Positions 1-14,295 of a stretch of 35,626 bases of DNA are shown in pieces (the stretch's first letter is position 1; every line of letters starts with the position of its first letter). The stretch is from Collodictyon triciliatum. Taxonomy: Eukaryota. The translations under genes were made by a program, and so were the position numbers. The stretch covers positions 1 through 35,626 of the forward strand of contig JBHJMP010000236.1 of assembly GCA_043381765.1 (NCBI GenBank), written 5' to 3'. A model generated the notes under the pieces. That model did not search any database, was not told where the DNA came from, and saw nothing but the letters and a program-made list of their open reading frames with translations.

Positions 1-67
1 TGTTTTTGTTTTTGTTTTTTTATTTTTGTTATTTTTGTTTTTTTGTTTTTTTGTTTTTTGTTTTTTT
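1..67. repeat. T-rich (T4-7G)n low-complexity tract
   Basis: Directly visible at the window start. Confidence 0.9.
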
Positions 68-209
68 GAGGGGGCTGTGTCCAGACAACTGGGACCGTTC
101 TTGTGGCAAGCACGCTTCTTTGTGATCGAGAAAAGAAAATATAAAGAGGAAAGAAAAAAGAAGAAAAAAGACTCGTGGCCTTATTCCCCTCTCTTTTAGC
201 CCTGAGCCG

Positions 210-243
<34 letters not shown>

Positions 244-283
244 CCAACAAGAGCGGTTGCGCAAGGAAAAATTAAGAAGCGCA

Positions 284-3200
284 ATGCCGCGTGTGGACGA
301 ATCGGTTGAGCAGCTGGTCATGAGCGCAGAGCGGGGCGATCTGCAGCAAGTCAAGGACCTTGTGGAAGGCCAACAGGTTTCTGTGGACGCCCTCAGCTCG
401 CGCAGAGAATGTGCACTCCACGTGGCCGTCCGTCGTGGCCGAACAGAGTGTGTCCGGTATCTTCTTCTGCGGAATGCCTCGGTCGATATTGTCGATGCTG
501 ATGGAAACTGGCCGATACACTTGGCCGCTCGCTCGGGTTTGTGCGAAATGATTGCTAATGTGTGTGTGTGTTTTTTTTGTGCATATAGATACAAATGTAT
601 ATATCACAGTGGCGGCATTTTTCCTGTCATGATGATAATCTCGCTTCCAAACGGTACATCATATGCATTCGACATGTGCTAGCTCGACACGAAATTCTTG
701 GACTACTATTACGCAAGAAAAGACATCATGTCAATGTGCTGAACCCACAGGTAGGCATGTTGTGTTGTCTTTTGATTTCCCTCGTGCATTGCTTGATTTT
801 ATCTTTCAATGCCTCACATTAAGCATATATGCATATATTGATTGATAATGCCTGTTTGTTGGTGTTTACAGAGAGAATCGCCTCTTCACTTGGCAGCCAA
901 TTGGGCCGACATCGATACTGTTCGCATGCTTCTCGACTATAACGCTGATGCCACTTTGCCAGGTCCGGATATGCTCGGCACACATCTTGCTCACTATTGA
1001 CTCTCATTTCATACCTTGACTACATCCCCTATCTTTCCAAAAAAAAAAATATTGCATTTTGAAAATCCCAAAAATGTTTTACCCTAAAGGATACAACGGC
1101 CTCACTGCGCTGCATATCGCTTCTATGCGTGGAAAAGTCGATATAGCAGCTGAGCTCCTTGCCTGCGGAGCAAAGATTTCGGCCATCGATGAGACTGGAA
1201 AAACTGCTCTTCATCACGCCGCATACTGCCCAAATCCTCGAATGACTACATTCTTGATTGACAGAGGTATGCGTTTCGAGTGGTCACATCCATGCTTTTA
1301 CATCGTCTCGAATAAAAAAAAAATACGCTTTATTATTTGCTCCAGGTGCAAATGTGGACGCACTTGATGAAATAGGAGCCTCTGCTGTGCATTGGGCGTG
1401 CGCGTCTGGCCATGTTGATGTGCTTCGGGTGTTGCTCCAGGTGGGTGCAGAACCGAATCTGAAAACAACCAAGGGCAATACTCCGCTGCATTTGGCTGCG
1501 AAGGAAGGATTTGTATCCTGCGTCTCGCTTCTGCTGGAAATTGGCGTGTACAGTGACATCTTAAACCATTCTCGAGAAACGCCCATCGATCTTGCTCAAA
1601 GATTCCGTCATCCAGACGTTGTCCAACTCCTTTCATCGAACTCCAATCCCTCTCCTTTTAACCAGTCCCAATCTCAGGCTGCAGCTGATGTATGTTATTA
1701 ACAAAATTATTGCATATACGAATGAGAATTACAGGTGCAGACATTGTCCATCAAAAAAATTGATATTTTTATTGAAAATCATATTAGAGAGTAAGATATG
1801 CTGAAATGGCACACAAAACTGTAATTGAAAACACTCGCAATTTAACTCTGGATGCATCGGCACGGCCTACTGAAGCATCTGTGATGATGATGTCCAAAGC
1901 TGATGTAGTCATGTCAACAAAACCGACATTATCTATTCCTGATATTTCCCTTCCAGATTATTTCATCGAATCCATCGAGAAATACAGAGACAAGGTGTCC
2001 TCGAAATTTACCCAGTGTCTCTTTTCTTCTTTTTCTCTATCTATCTTTTCTACTTCTTTTCTTTCCTCGATAATTGTAATCACGAATATTTGGGCCCGGT
2101 ATATTTCGCTTTAGTGCGTCCTACTAATTTCCTAAACAAACCAGGTGGCCCTCGTGGATTTGTCATCGGGATATCAACTGACGTATAGGCAAATCTCTGT
2201 CGGGATTCGCCGTGTGGCTGCCGGTCTATATGAACAAGGCTTAGACTACCGCCAGACCGTTTCTCTACTTGCCCCCAATATACCTGAGACTATTGTTATA
2301 CTTCATGCCACTGGATACTTGGGAGCAACTCTCTCACCCATCAACCCATCATGGACAACACAACAAGTTGCGTATCATCTCGGGCATAGTGGGGCTTCTG
2401 TGGTAATCACCACCGTCGAATTTTTAAAGAAAGTGTTTGACGCCTGTGATATTGTCCAATCGGTGTCTAAAGTATACGTGATTGGCTCAGAGGGTCCCTT
2501 TGATGTATGTGTATCCCACGCTTTGTTTAGAAAACAAAATCACGTCCATATTTAACTTTTATAATAGAATTCCATTTGCTATTTTTCCCTCGCTTTTGCA
2601 TATTTTATTGTACATACAGTATGTGTGCGCGGTCGTTTAATCCATATTGTCTCAACTTGACACCACGCTTCAGAATGAAAATGTCTCGCCGTTCTCAGTA
2701 CTTTGCCAGCCGGGTAAACTTTTTCCAGAAGTCCCACTGCAGTTTCGGAAGGATGTTGTTTTTTCTCCATTTACGAACGGGAAGTCTGAAAATCCTAAAT
2801 GTGTCGAGTTCACCCATTATAACCTTGTTGCCCAACTTGCACAGGTAAAATTTCAATCAATCAATCAATCAATCAATCAAACAAACAAATTGTTGATGCC
2901 TTACTTCTAAATGTCTGAACGTCTATATGCCAGGGAGCGAGCTATGAAGATATATCTGAAACTGATGTGGTATTTGCGTGTATACCTTTTCACCATGCTA
3001 TCGGTTTGATTTATCAGGCTCATATGTCATTGATGAAAGGTTTGCCTCCCTTTACTTCTTTCAGTTAATAAATTCATATTGTACACAATTTGTTGGGAAG
3101 GAACGATAATGGTATAATAAGTCGAAGCTGAAACTGAATTTTTTTCTTGGTTTTTCGGTTTCGTTATTGATGTATGCACATGAATTAGGTGCCACTATGC

Positions 3201-5190
3201 TGCTGTCTCCCGATTCTTCAGTATCAACGTTGCATTCTGTGATAGAAGACAGATGTGTCACAAGACTCTTCTTAATGCCGCCCATACTCCGGGGATTACT
3301 TTATAATCCCGAGTCCAAGAGGAGAAGATTAACTTCAATTAAACAAGTGTGTGCTTTATATGGAAAATAAAATAGATATATGTATTTTTAATCATTCGTA
3401 TTTATTATAGTGTATTTACAAATATCAATCTAGATTTATTGTGGTGGTGCTGAATTACCGGTTGACCTTGCTGCCGAGGCAGGCCGTTTCTTACGGTGCT
3501 ATATCCGACAGTTGTATGGCTCGTCAGAAACTGGAGTAACATTGTCTGATGTTGGTGGCTACAATACCATCCCAGTTACATCCATCGGGCAGCTGCTCGC
3601 TAATATGGAGTGTAAGATTGTAAATCGGGATGGCCAACTTTTGAAAGCTGACCAACACGGAGGTTTGTTCTCTTCTCATTTATCTAATCTATTTTTCTTT
3701 CTGGTTCTTTTTTTCTTTTTCTTTTTTGGATTTGCAGTTGGAAATGATTCAAGTCCAGAAAAAAAAAAACATCTATTTCTAAATTACCATCAATTATATT
3801 TAGAGATATGTTTGAGAGGGCCCCAAATTTTTGTCGGCTACAAGAGCGAAGGAAGCAGTATTCGGTTGGATGCGCATGGTTGGTTTCGCACCGGAGACAT
3901 CGGTTATTTCGACTCACAAGGATATTTTTACTTTGTTGGCACCCAGAAGGATATAGCCCAGAAAGTACACAAGTTGTTTATATGCACTATTGCTCTAACT
4001 CGTGTCATGGTTGCTGGCTAGAATCACTGCTATTTTTAATCGAAAAATTAATTTCTTCAATCATTCGCAGAGAGCTCGTCCTGTCATTGAACCAGCATCT
4101 CAAACGAAAACGACCAAAGATGCTATAGAGAAGCCCTCAGTTGTGCAAAAGCCGCCACTCAAGCCAGCAACGAAATCTAAACCTAAGCAGGAAATTGATA
4201 CAAAGACGGACCAAAAAAATACCGCTGAACCTGCACAGAAACCTAATGCACTTTCAGCCTCGACTGTATCGTCTCACCCCAAGAAACCCATCCCGAAACT
4301 CAAGTCGCCTTACTCAACATCACTGGACGAAGACGAGTATAGTGACGATGATGACTTCAACAAGCCATTAGAGATTAAGAAACAACCTTACCCACATTCA
4401 AAAACTCAGACTCAGAAAACAGTCACCACTCCACCAAGTTCAAAACCTGTCATGGAGCATTCAGACACTGGCCCAAATTATATTCCAACAAATTCGGCTG
4501 TGCCAATTTCAAAGGCACCAACAACAGAAACACCCCATTTCATAGCACCAGAATCTGGAGGGGTACAGATACCAACCAATTTGATGAATATGTTCACCAT
4601 AGACAACGAAATACCTTCCAATATGCCCCAGCCCTCGCAAAGGGACGTGCAATTGAAATTACCAGCAAATCCCACCTTCGCTCCGAAACAAGAGGCCCCT
4701 ACTACAATTATCCAGACAGAAGCCATTAGCATTCAAACACCAGATGCAAACGAGGTATCGTCGCATCATAATCATACTCAACCACAAAGTTCAAGATCGG
4801 AGTATCAACAACCCAATCATGAACCCAATCATGAACAGGAAATTCAATCGAGCCCCAATACACAGTCGACCATTCATGCGCTATTCGATTTGACTGTATT
4901 CCACTGTCCTAACGAGCAGGCAGTTCGATACGAAAACCGTAGACTTACTTTCGCGATGCTCTCGGAGAGAGTCAATAAGTTGGCGAATGCCTTCATAAGG
5001 TTAATGATAGATATGTTTCTTATCGTGTATCATTAGTTTACGCTTTGTATGAGTTATGATAGAATCATAAATTGAAATTGGATGTACATAGATAGGTTGC
5101 AACGATGACTCTTTAGTAATTCATGCCTAACTAACTAACCCGGTGCGCACCTTTAGGATTGGCCTTAAAAAGTCTCATAAAGTCGTCATC
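284..5190 (+). CDS. Multi-exon fusion protein: ~9 ankyrin repeats + degenerate 4-coumarate-CoA ligase/luciferase-like AMP-binding domain + P/S/T/Q-rich linker + start of second AMP-binding domain (3' part runs into gap)
   Basis: ATG at 284. GT-AG exons approx 284-536, 683-750, 871-962, 1090-1267, 1347-1689, 1788-1994, 2145-2504, 2674-2844, 2934-3039, 3189-3346, 3434-3662, 3804-3964, 4071-4999, 5157-5190 keep one frame. Ankyrin motifs: ALHVAV, PIHLAA, SPLHLAA, TALHIAS, TALHHAA, TPLHLAA. ANL-family motifs: IPFHHAIG, CGGAEL, YGSSET, EICLRGPQIFVGY, GWFRTGDIGYFD. The second domain starts TIHALFD...LTFAMLSERVNKLANAFIRIGLKKSHKVV. Confidence 0.8.
2854..2889. repeat. Intronic (AATC)n/(AAAC)n microsatellite
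   Basis: caatcaatcaatc...aacaaacaaa. Confidence 0.85.
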
Positions 5191-5626
5191 NNNNNNNNNN
5201 NNNNNNNNNNNNNNNNNNNNNNNNNNNNNNNNNNNNNNNNNNNNNNNNNNNNNNNNNNNNNNNNNNNNNNNNNNNNNNNNNNNNNNNNNNNNNNNNNNNN
5301 NNNNNNNNNNNNNNNNNNNNNNNNNNNNNNNNNNNNNNNNNNNNNNNNNNNNNNNNNNNNNNNNNNNNNNNNNNNNNNNNNNNNNNNNNNNNNNNNNNNN
5401 NNNNNNNNNNNNNNNNNNNNNNNNNNNNNNNNNNNNNNNNNNNNNNNNNNNNNNNNNNNNNNNNNNNNNNNNNNNNNNNNNNNNNNNNNNNNNNNNNNNN
5501 NNNNNNNNNNNNNNNNNNNNNNNNNNNNNNNNNNNNNNNNNNNNNNNNNNNNNNNNNNNNNNNNNNNNNNNNNNNNNNNNNNNNNNNNNNNNNNNNNNNN
5601 NNNNNNNNNNNNNNNNNNNNNNNNNN

Positions 5627-5850
5627 CTCCTCGCTCCGAAAAACTTGAGGTGCCGAATATTTTTACGCAAGGTCACGTTCAAAAAGAACTCGTCGAATCT
5701 TTTAGATCTAAGGAAATCCGGGTTTATGAAGATGAGGAACACAAGTTCAGTGCCGAATTGGCTGAAAAGGTTGTCGAGGACATCATGGAAGAAATTGCAT
5801 CAGATATTTTAAGCCAATCCATAACTATGGGGGAGGAGGACGACTTTTGA
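5627..5850 (+). CDS. Terminal coding exon with acidic helical C-terminus; either the end of the preceding gene or of another gene lost in the gap
   Basis: Open frame from the gap edge, PRSEKLEVPNIF...EDIMEEIASDILSQSITMGEEDDF, ending at TGA 5848-5850. Coding-like composition followed by AT-rich sequence. Confidence 0.55.
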
Positions 5851-5962
5851 GAGCTCTCGGCACCTTCTATTCGCCGTTTGTATATCTGATGTTATAAAGC
5901 CTCACATTCCTTAAACATTATTAAGGTGTTATGTTATGATGTACTTTCTTTTTTATTCCTTC

Positions 5963-6058
5963 TATTTCTATTTCTATTTCTATTTCTATTTCTATTTCTA
6001 TTTCTATTTCTATTTCTATTTCTATTTCTATTTCTATTTCTATTTCTATTTCTATTTC
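5963..6058. repeat. (TATTTC)n hexamer microsatellite running into a gap
   Basis: About 16 perfect units. Confidence 0.95.
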
Positions 6059-6158
6059 NNNNNNNNNNNNNNNNNNNNNNNNNNNNNNNNNNNNNNNNNN
6101 NNNNNNNNNNNNNNNNNNNNNNNNNNNNNNNNNNNNNNNNNNNNNNNNNNNNNNNNNN

Positions 6159-6280
6159 AAAAAACAAAAAAACAAAAAAACAAAAAAACAAAAAAACAAA
6201 AAAACAAAAAACAAAAAAACAAAAAAACAAAAAAAACAAAAAAAACAAAAAACAAAAAAACACAAAAAGAACAAAAAAAA
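6159..6280. repeat. (A5-8C)n tract upstream of UBA5
   Basis: Directly visible. A (TTCC)n run follows at ~6371-6407. Confidence 0.9.
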
Positions 6281-6464
6281 GAAATCGGAAATCGGGAAAG
6301 AAGAGAAGCAAGGCGTTCGCCCTCTTTGGATCCCAAAGCTGGAGATGAAAGGCTGATGGGCCTCTGCGAATTCCTTCCTTCCTTCCTTCCTTCCTTCCAT
6401 CCATCCTTGCTTCCCTGCTCTCCTGCGCACAAGCGTTTTCTGATGCTGACAAAACAGAGAGGAA

Positions 6465-9380
<2,916 letters not shown>

Positions 9381-9393
9381 AACTCGTAGAACC

Positions 9394-9446
9394 AAAGAAT
9401 CAAAGAATCAAAGAAACAAAGAAACAAAGAAACAAAGAAACAAAGA
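9394..9446. repeat. (CAAAGAAW)n octamer repeat just after the UBA5 stop
   Basis: caaagaat caaagaat caaagaaa caaagaaa... Confidence 0.85.
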
Positions 9447-11148
9447 TACTTTAAAAATAAAAATTGGCCCCATAGTAGAGCTTGCCAACCTTTTCTGGCC
9501 TCTTTGATATATTCGTGCATATTACACTTTCGTGTGTAAGACCAATGGAGCAATTTTAAATACTTGATACGAAGGAGAGACGCCCCAAAAGGTGTTCTGG
9601 TTGTCTCTTTGCATAAAAATGAAAGCCCTGGAAGTCTGCGTGTCTCCTGGTATCCATGTAAATAGCACATCGGGTTTATCAACCACAATAAAGCGCATGG
9701 GAAAACAAGAGCTATCACCGAGGGTAATATAAGCGTATACATTCGACGCGATGTATGGTGGCGGTTTTTTTTTTCATTTTATTATGAGTAAAAGTTGTTA
9801 ATCTCTTGAAATTTAGTTGCATAATTATTTTTAATCGAATATAGGAAAAAAAAAAGAGTTAATTACATAATTTCTTTTTCAATCAAGATACTGCAAATTG
9901 TGCCTCTTCGTTTCAGTTAGGCAGGCTTTAAAATCTCCTAGTTATACCTTCGGGCGATGGTACTTCTGAGTAGGAGTTGTTTGCTCGAGCCACAATCTTT
10001 TGCTTATGCCACAGAGCTAAGAATCGCAATAAAGTCAGACTGTTTGCATTTGGACCCGCTCGCGTACTTGTCTTAGTAATGTTACCCACGGTGATTCAAA
10101 ATCAACAGCAAAGTTTTCGTTCAAATTATTGGATACCATGGCGAATCTGCATTTCGCCTCGAGGAACAAAAATCTACAGGCCAATCCATGTCTGGGATAT
10201 AAAAGTGTACTTTGGCATACACAAGACCAAATGCTTGCACGAATTCATTCTGCTCAAGAAATCTGAATCGCTGTTGTCGAAGAAATTGCGTATGACATTA
10301 GGATTGTTTGACCTATTGGTGTATTTCCTAACATATTATACGTGTGATTTCTTTTTTTGTTTCTCGACACAAAGTCCCAAATTCTGGCAGGAATGAATCG
10401 TCCGCCACTTGTTATTCATTCTATGACCTTAAAATTCAAAGTCAGTGTCTCTTTGAAGTTTGGATGAAAAATATTTCAGTAAATGAGTTGGCCTATATCC
10501 TCCATCAGAACAAAGTTATGTCGAGAGGTTAGACAGGAGTGGTTGTTCATATTTTCAATCAAATTTATTGTTCTTCCGAATGACAAGAAGAAAAAAATTG
10601 TCTTGAGATGATTTGCAAAGATGAACAGCATAACCCCAGTTCTCGAATGGCACTCATGAAGTGTTCCACAGACAAAATTGCACCAAAACGCACGCAGGGA
10701 CGAAAAGCGTTCGATTGATTATCACGCGCTTATCAATTTTGAAACAGTTGGTCATATGACTTTCTATCTTACCAATGAAAACAAAGAAAGAGGATTGCAT
10801 CCATCGTCACCCGATATGCTAGGTATTCAGACATTTTCTATCACATGATTATGACTATTGCGATTGTTGTGATTAATGAAACTATGGAGATATTATTAAT
10901 ATTCATTCCAGATTTAGTTTGAATTTTTTTTATGGTATCACTAGAACTCCGAGAAAAGGTGAAAAACCAAACATAAGGAATCCCAACCCCAACAAACCGT
11001 TCAAAGGCAGACTCAGTGCGCGACAAAGAAAGCACCGATCAAAGACCTGAGACAGTCTCCCCATTGGAGCCTTTCCATAAAACGCTATATCCTCCCGCAT
11101 AAAACCGCCTTTAATATATAATAATGTTTTACAAGAGTCCAGGCATCC

Positions 11149-13839
11149 ATGGAAATTCACGATCTTGAGCTTGACTACGAAAACCCTGGCCCGCAGCAAG
11201 TCCAAGAACGATCAACTAGCCATCACCCCTCGTCAAACACCGGGCTGTCAATTAAATGCGAAGTTTCTGTACCAGAGCAGCAGGAGGTCTTCGTTGAACC
11301 TGTTTTTCATGGCGACTTGCCTGAGCCCCAAGGATATGGCCTGAACATGCCAACTCATGAGGCTCCAACTCCAAAGCACCGCCGTGTTGTATTATTCACA
11401 GACTGCGATATGTACCTCCCGGTCGATCCCTCGGACACCATTGGTGGATATCTTCTCGGAAAACCTGTACTAGACTTTTTAACTTCATCGAAAGGAATGA
11501 AAGTTACAACGATGCTTGGGGCCTCGTTTCTTTTGTTTTTTGCTCTGCTGGCCGTTGTGAAACGTGCTGGGAGGTTGGATGACTATCAAAAATACTTTAT
11601 CGTTTTTTCTATCTTCCCTGTATGTTTTCCACTAGTCGGGGTTCTGCTTCAAATGCGATATATTTTCTTATTGACCTTCTCTCACTTTGAAACAATGTTT
11701 TTACTTCTTAACGGGACTTTGGCTGGTCTTACATACAGCTCCTTGGGTAAATATGAGTCGCTTGTGCCTTGCCTGACAATAATTTTTTTCGTAAGCGCCA
11801 CGCATTTGCTTTTTATGGACTCATGGATTATGAGATTCTCTATTGTTCATAGGAACATCATCTCCTTATTGGGCACCAAAACTAACGAAGTTGATTCAAA
11901 GATATTGCAAAGAGGCTCTGCTGATCATAAAAACCAAGCAGAGTTGTCAATTGTCCCGGTGGGCGAAAACACTAAATCTACAAAGAGCCACTTAATGAAT
12001 CAGCTCCGCCAAACATTAAGGCCGAGCGAAAGCTTCAGATCTCTTGTATTGAAAAATTCTTCATCTCTTGAATATGAATCTGATGCTCAGCTTAATCCTG
12101 CTACTTGCTTGATGAACGTATTCAACTTGTACTCCAGCTTGCTCGCATCTAGTGTAGTTACAGAATCGGGCATAATCCCACAAATAAGTCATTTTATGAA
12201 CAAAAGATGGAAATTGATTACGATTCTAGGATGGAAAACTATCTTCAGCAGCTTTGGTGCACTCGCTTTGTTTTTTTTCTTTTTTCTAGATATATCCATG
12301 TCAAATATTTCATCTCTCCAAAACCATAGAATTCCTCTCATCAAGGGGTATATCTCCACATATACAATTTTTAAATTAACGTGTGCCAATGTTATTATAT
12401 TTTGTATCCGAAGGATATTTCTGACCATCGCATACCCTTTGAAAGTGGTGTGCATCAGTAGGAAATTAAGAAGAATACCACTCACAGAGTTCCTTTTAGA
12501 ACTCTCAAAGTCAGAAAAAAAGAAAGCTGCCATAGAGAAACTAAAAGAATACTTATTAAGCAATCCTCCTCCAACTAATCACGGAAAGACCAACATCTTG
12601 CATCGAATCCCCCAAACTACCCATGAACTTATTCTTTGCAAAAGAGAAAAGAAATGCCTAAAACTGGGCTTGAGTTCGCAACCACCAGAGCAACTTCCAC
12701 CAATTGCTCTGAAACCAGTAAACAGATTTCTAGATGTAGATAAACTCTTTGTTCAGAGACAAGGCCTAAAATTAGTTGAAGTCTCTCAATGTTCGACCCA
12801 AAAAACAAAGAAGGAAGTTCTGGACAAAAAAACTGTCATATTTACCACACCAATAAATCAATCATTCGTATTGGACTACGAAGATTGTCTCCTAGACATT
12901 TTCCTGAAAAAAAAAACCTCTCGGCTCATAGCAAAACAGTCCAGGAAAGTTGTTCGCTTCACCGATTTCATACCCATAACATTCATGGTGCTGGCCCTTA
13001 TTCATTTTTGCTCGTCCAGCTCTGTCCTAGAAGACCTCGCTAGTATATTCTCCCTATTGGCATCTGTTCAGCGGATTATTTTCATGCTTTTGTTTTCGAG
13101 AAGTGCTCTGTGGAATTCGTTGAAAACGTTCGAGAGTTTTTACTGCATAACAAATGTCTTATTGTTTGGAATAGTGCTTGGGACCTACATACCCGACACC
13201 AAGTATAGCAAACTGGTTGTCTTTTTTGCAACATTTGGTACCTTAACAACACTCTTCGCTGATTCTTACCCCATACCATTTGGTCAGTTTGATGCCCTCC
13301 TACACAGAGAGTTCGAAGCCATCATATGTAAAGACAAACTTGCGGAAGATGACGCGGCTGTCTTGTCTTCGATTGTAGATATGAGTAACTTGATATGTGC
13401 CTTTGAGACAAACTCTGAATTTCCTTGCACCGAGGACTGGGAATCGTGTGAAAAAGTGGGCGTCCAGTACACTGATAGCTATTCACAAAGAATCCACTGT
13501 TGTGGTGTTAACCGAATCCGATATACACGAAGGCTGTTTTCGATTGTTTCCTATTCAGTCTTTGTGTCCATCCTCTTCCCAATCATCTGGGCGGTGATTT
13601 TTATTGTTGCTGTCTCCAACGATTGGATTCAAAATGCACGCCCAATCAGCATACATACGTCCCTGGGCAACTGGGAGACCAAAAGCATGCTCTGCACCTT
13701 TTGTTTTAACATTATTGTTGTGCTGAGTAGGAGATTGTGGAGCATTACAAAAGATCCGATGAGGAGTCTGGGATTCGACCGCCGCGTTATCAAGATGCCA
13801 TATGTTAATGCCTTTGATCAATATCACTCGCTGGCGTGA
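11149..13839 (+). CDS. Intronless 896-aa polytopic membrane protein of unknown function with two internally homologous halves
   Basis: Uninterrupted 2.7-kb ORF with many hydrophobic ~20-aa segments and motifs repeated in both halves (see findings). Confidence 0.85.
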   Translation: MEIHDLELDYENPGPQQVQERSTSHHPSSNTGLSIKCEVSVPEQQEVFVEPVFHGDLPEPQGYGLNMPTHEAPTPKHRRVVLFTDCDMYLPVDPSDTIGGYLLGKPVLDFLTSSKGMKVTTMLGASFLLFFALLAVVKRAGRLDDYQKYFIVFSIFPVCFPLVGVLLQMRYIFLLTFSHFETMFLLLNGTLAGLTYSSLGKYESLVPCLTIIFFVSATHLLFMDSWIMRFSIVHRNIISLLGTKTNEVDSKILQRGSADHKNQAELSIVPVGENTKSTKSHLMNQLRQTLRPSESFRSLVLKNSSSLEYESDAQLNPATCLMNVFNLYSSLLASSVVTESGIIPQISHFMNKRWKLITILGWKTIFSSFGALALFFFFFLDISMSNISSLQNHRIPLIKGYISTYTIFKLTCANVIIFCIRRIFLTIAYPLKVVCISRKLRRIPLTEFLLELSKSEKKKAAIEKLKEYLLSNPPPTNHGKTNILHRIPQTTHELILCKREKKCLKLGLSSQPPEQLPPIALKPVNRFLDVDKLFVQRQGLKLVEVSQCSTQKTKKEVLDKKTVIFTTPINQSFVLDYEDCLLDIFLKKKTSRLIAKQSRKVVRFTDFIPITFMVLALIHFCSSSSVLEDLASIFSLLASVQRIIFMLLFSRSALWNSLKTFESFYCITNVLLFGIVLGTYIPDTKYSKLVVFFATFGTLTTLFADSYPIPFGQFDALLHREFEAIICKDKLAEDDAAVLSSIVDMSNLICAFETNSEFPCTEDWESCEKVGVQYTDSYSQRIHCCGVNRIRYTRRLFSIVSYSVFVSILFPIIWAVIFIVAVSNDWIQNARPISIHTSLGNWETKSMLCTFCFNIIVVLSRRLWSITKDPMRSLGFDRRVIKMPYVNAFDQYHSLA

Positions 13840-13959
13840 GCACTCAGCCGCAAAACTGCCGTGATATCAGGATTGGTGGTGGTTCGGTGTATGCTTCTTC
13901 CGCCCTTGTGTACTTTTTCTTGTGTGTCTTTCGCCGAAGTGTAAGAAAATCGTCGCCGG

Positions 13960-14146
13960 AAAAAATAAAATAAAACAAAAACAAGCAAACAAAGAAAAAC
14001 AAACAAACAAACAAAAAACAAACAAACAAACAAACAAACAAACAAAAAACAAACAAACAAAAAACAAACAAACAAAAAACAAACAAACAAAAAACAAACA
14101 AACAAAAAACAAAAAAAAGAAAAAAAGAAAACAAAAGAAAACAAAC
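13960..14146. repeat. (AAAC)n/A-rich microsatellite between the 896-aa ORF and the QT-repeat ORF
   Basis: Directly visible. Confidence 0.95.
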
Positions 14147-14295
14147 AGTTCAAGTATGGCTTCCTGTTTGTCAAACTCGCCCGCTTCCAAACGATGGGAC
14201 TGAAGGACCAACGACCCAGGATTCTAGTGGGGTTTGATGCTTGCGCCTTCTCACCAACACAGAACATAGGAAACACAACCTGGTACACATGACGA

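Noticed and set aside
1736-1794. Short terminal exon ending the ankyrin gene at TAA 1792-1794
   Set aside because: Needs a 46-nt intron, has intron-like AT-rich content and leaves only 11-90 nt before the next gene. The 1787 acceptor gives an in-frame fusion. Kept only as the alternative hypothesis.
4812-4836. 12-nt tandem duplication encoding PNHEPNHE
   Set aside because: Ordinary slippage in a disordered linker.
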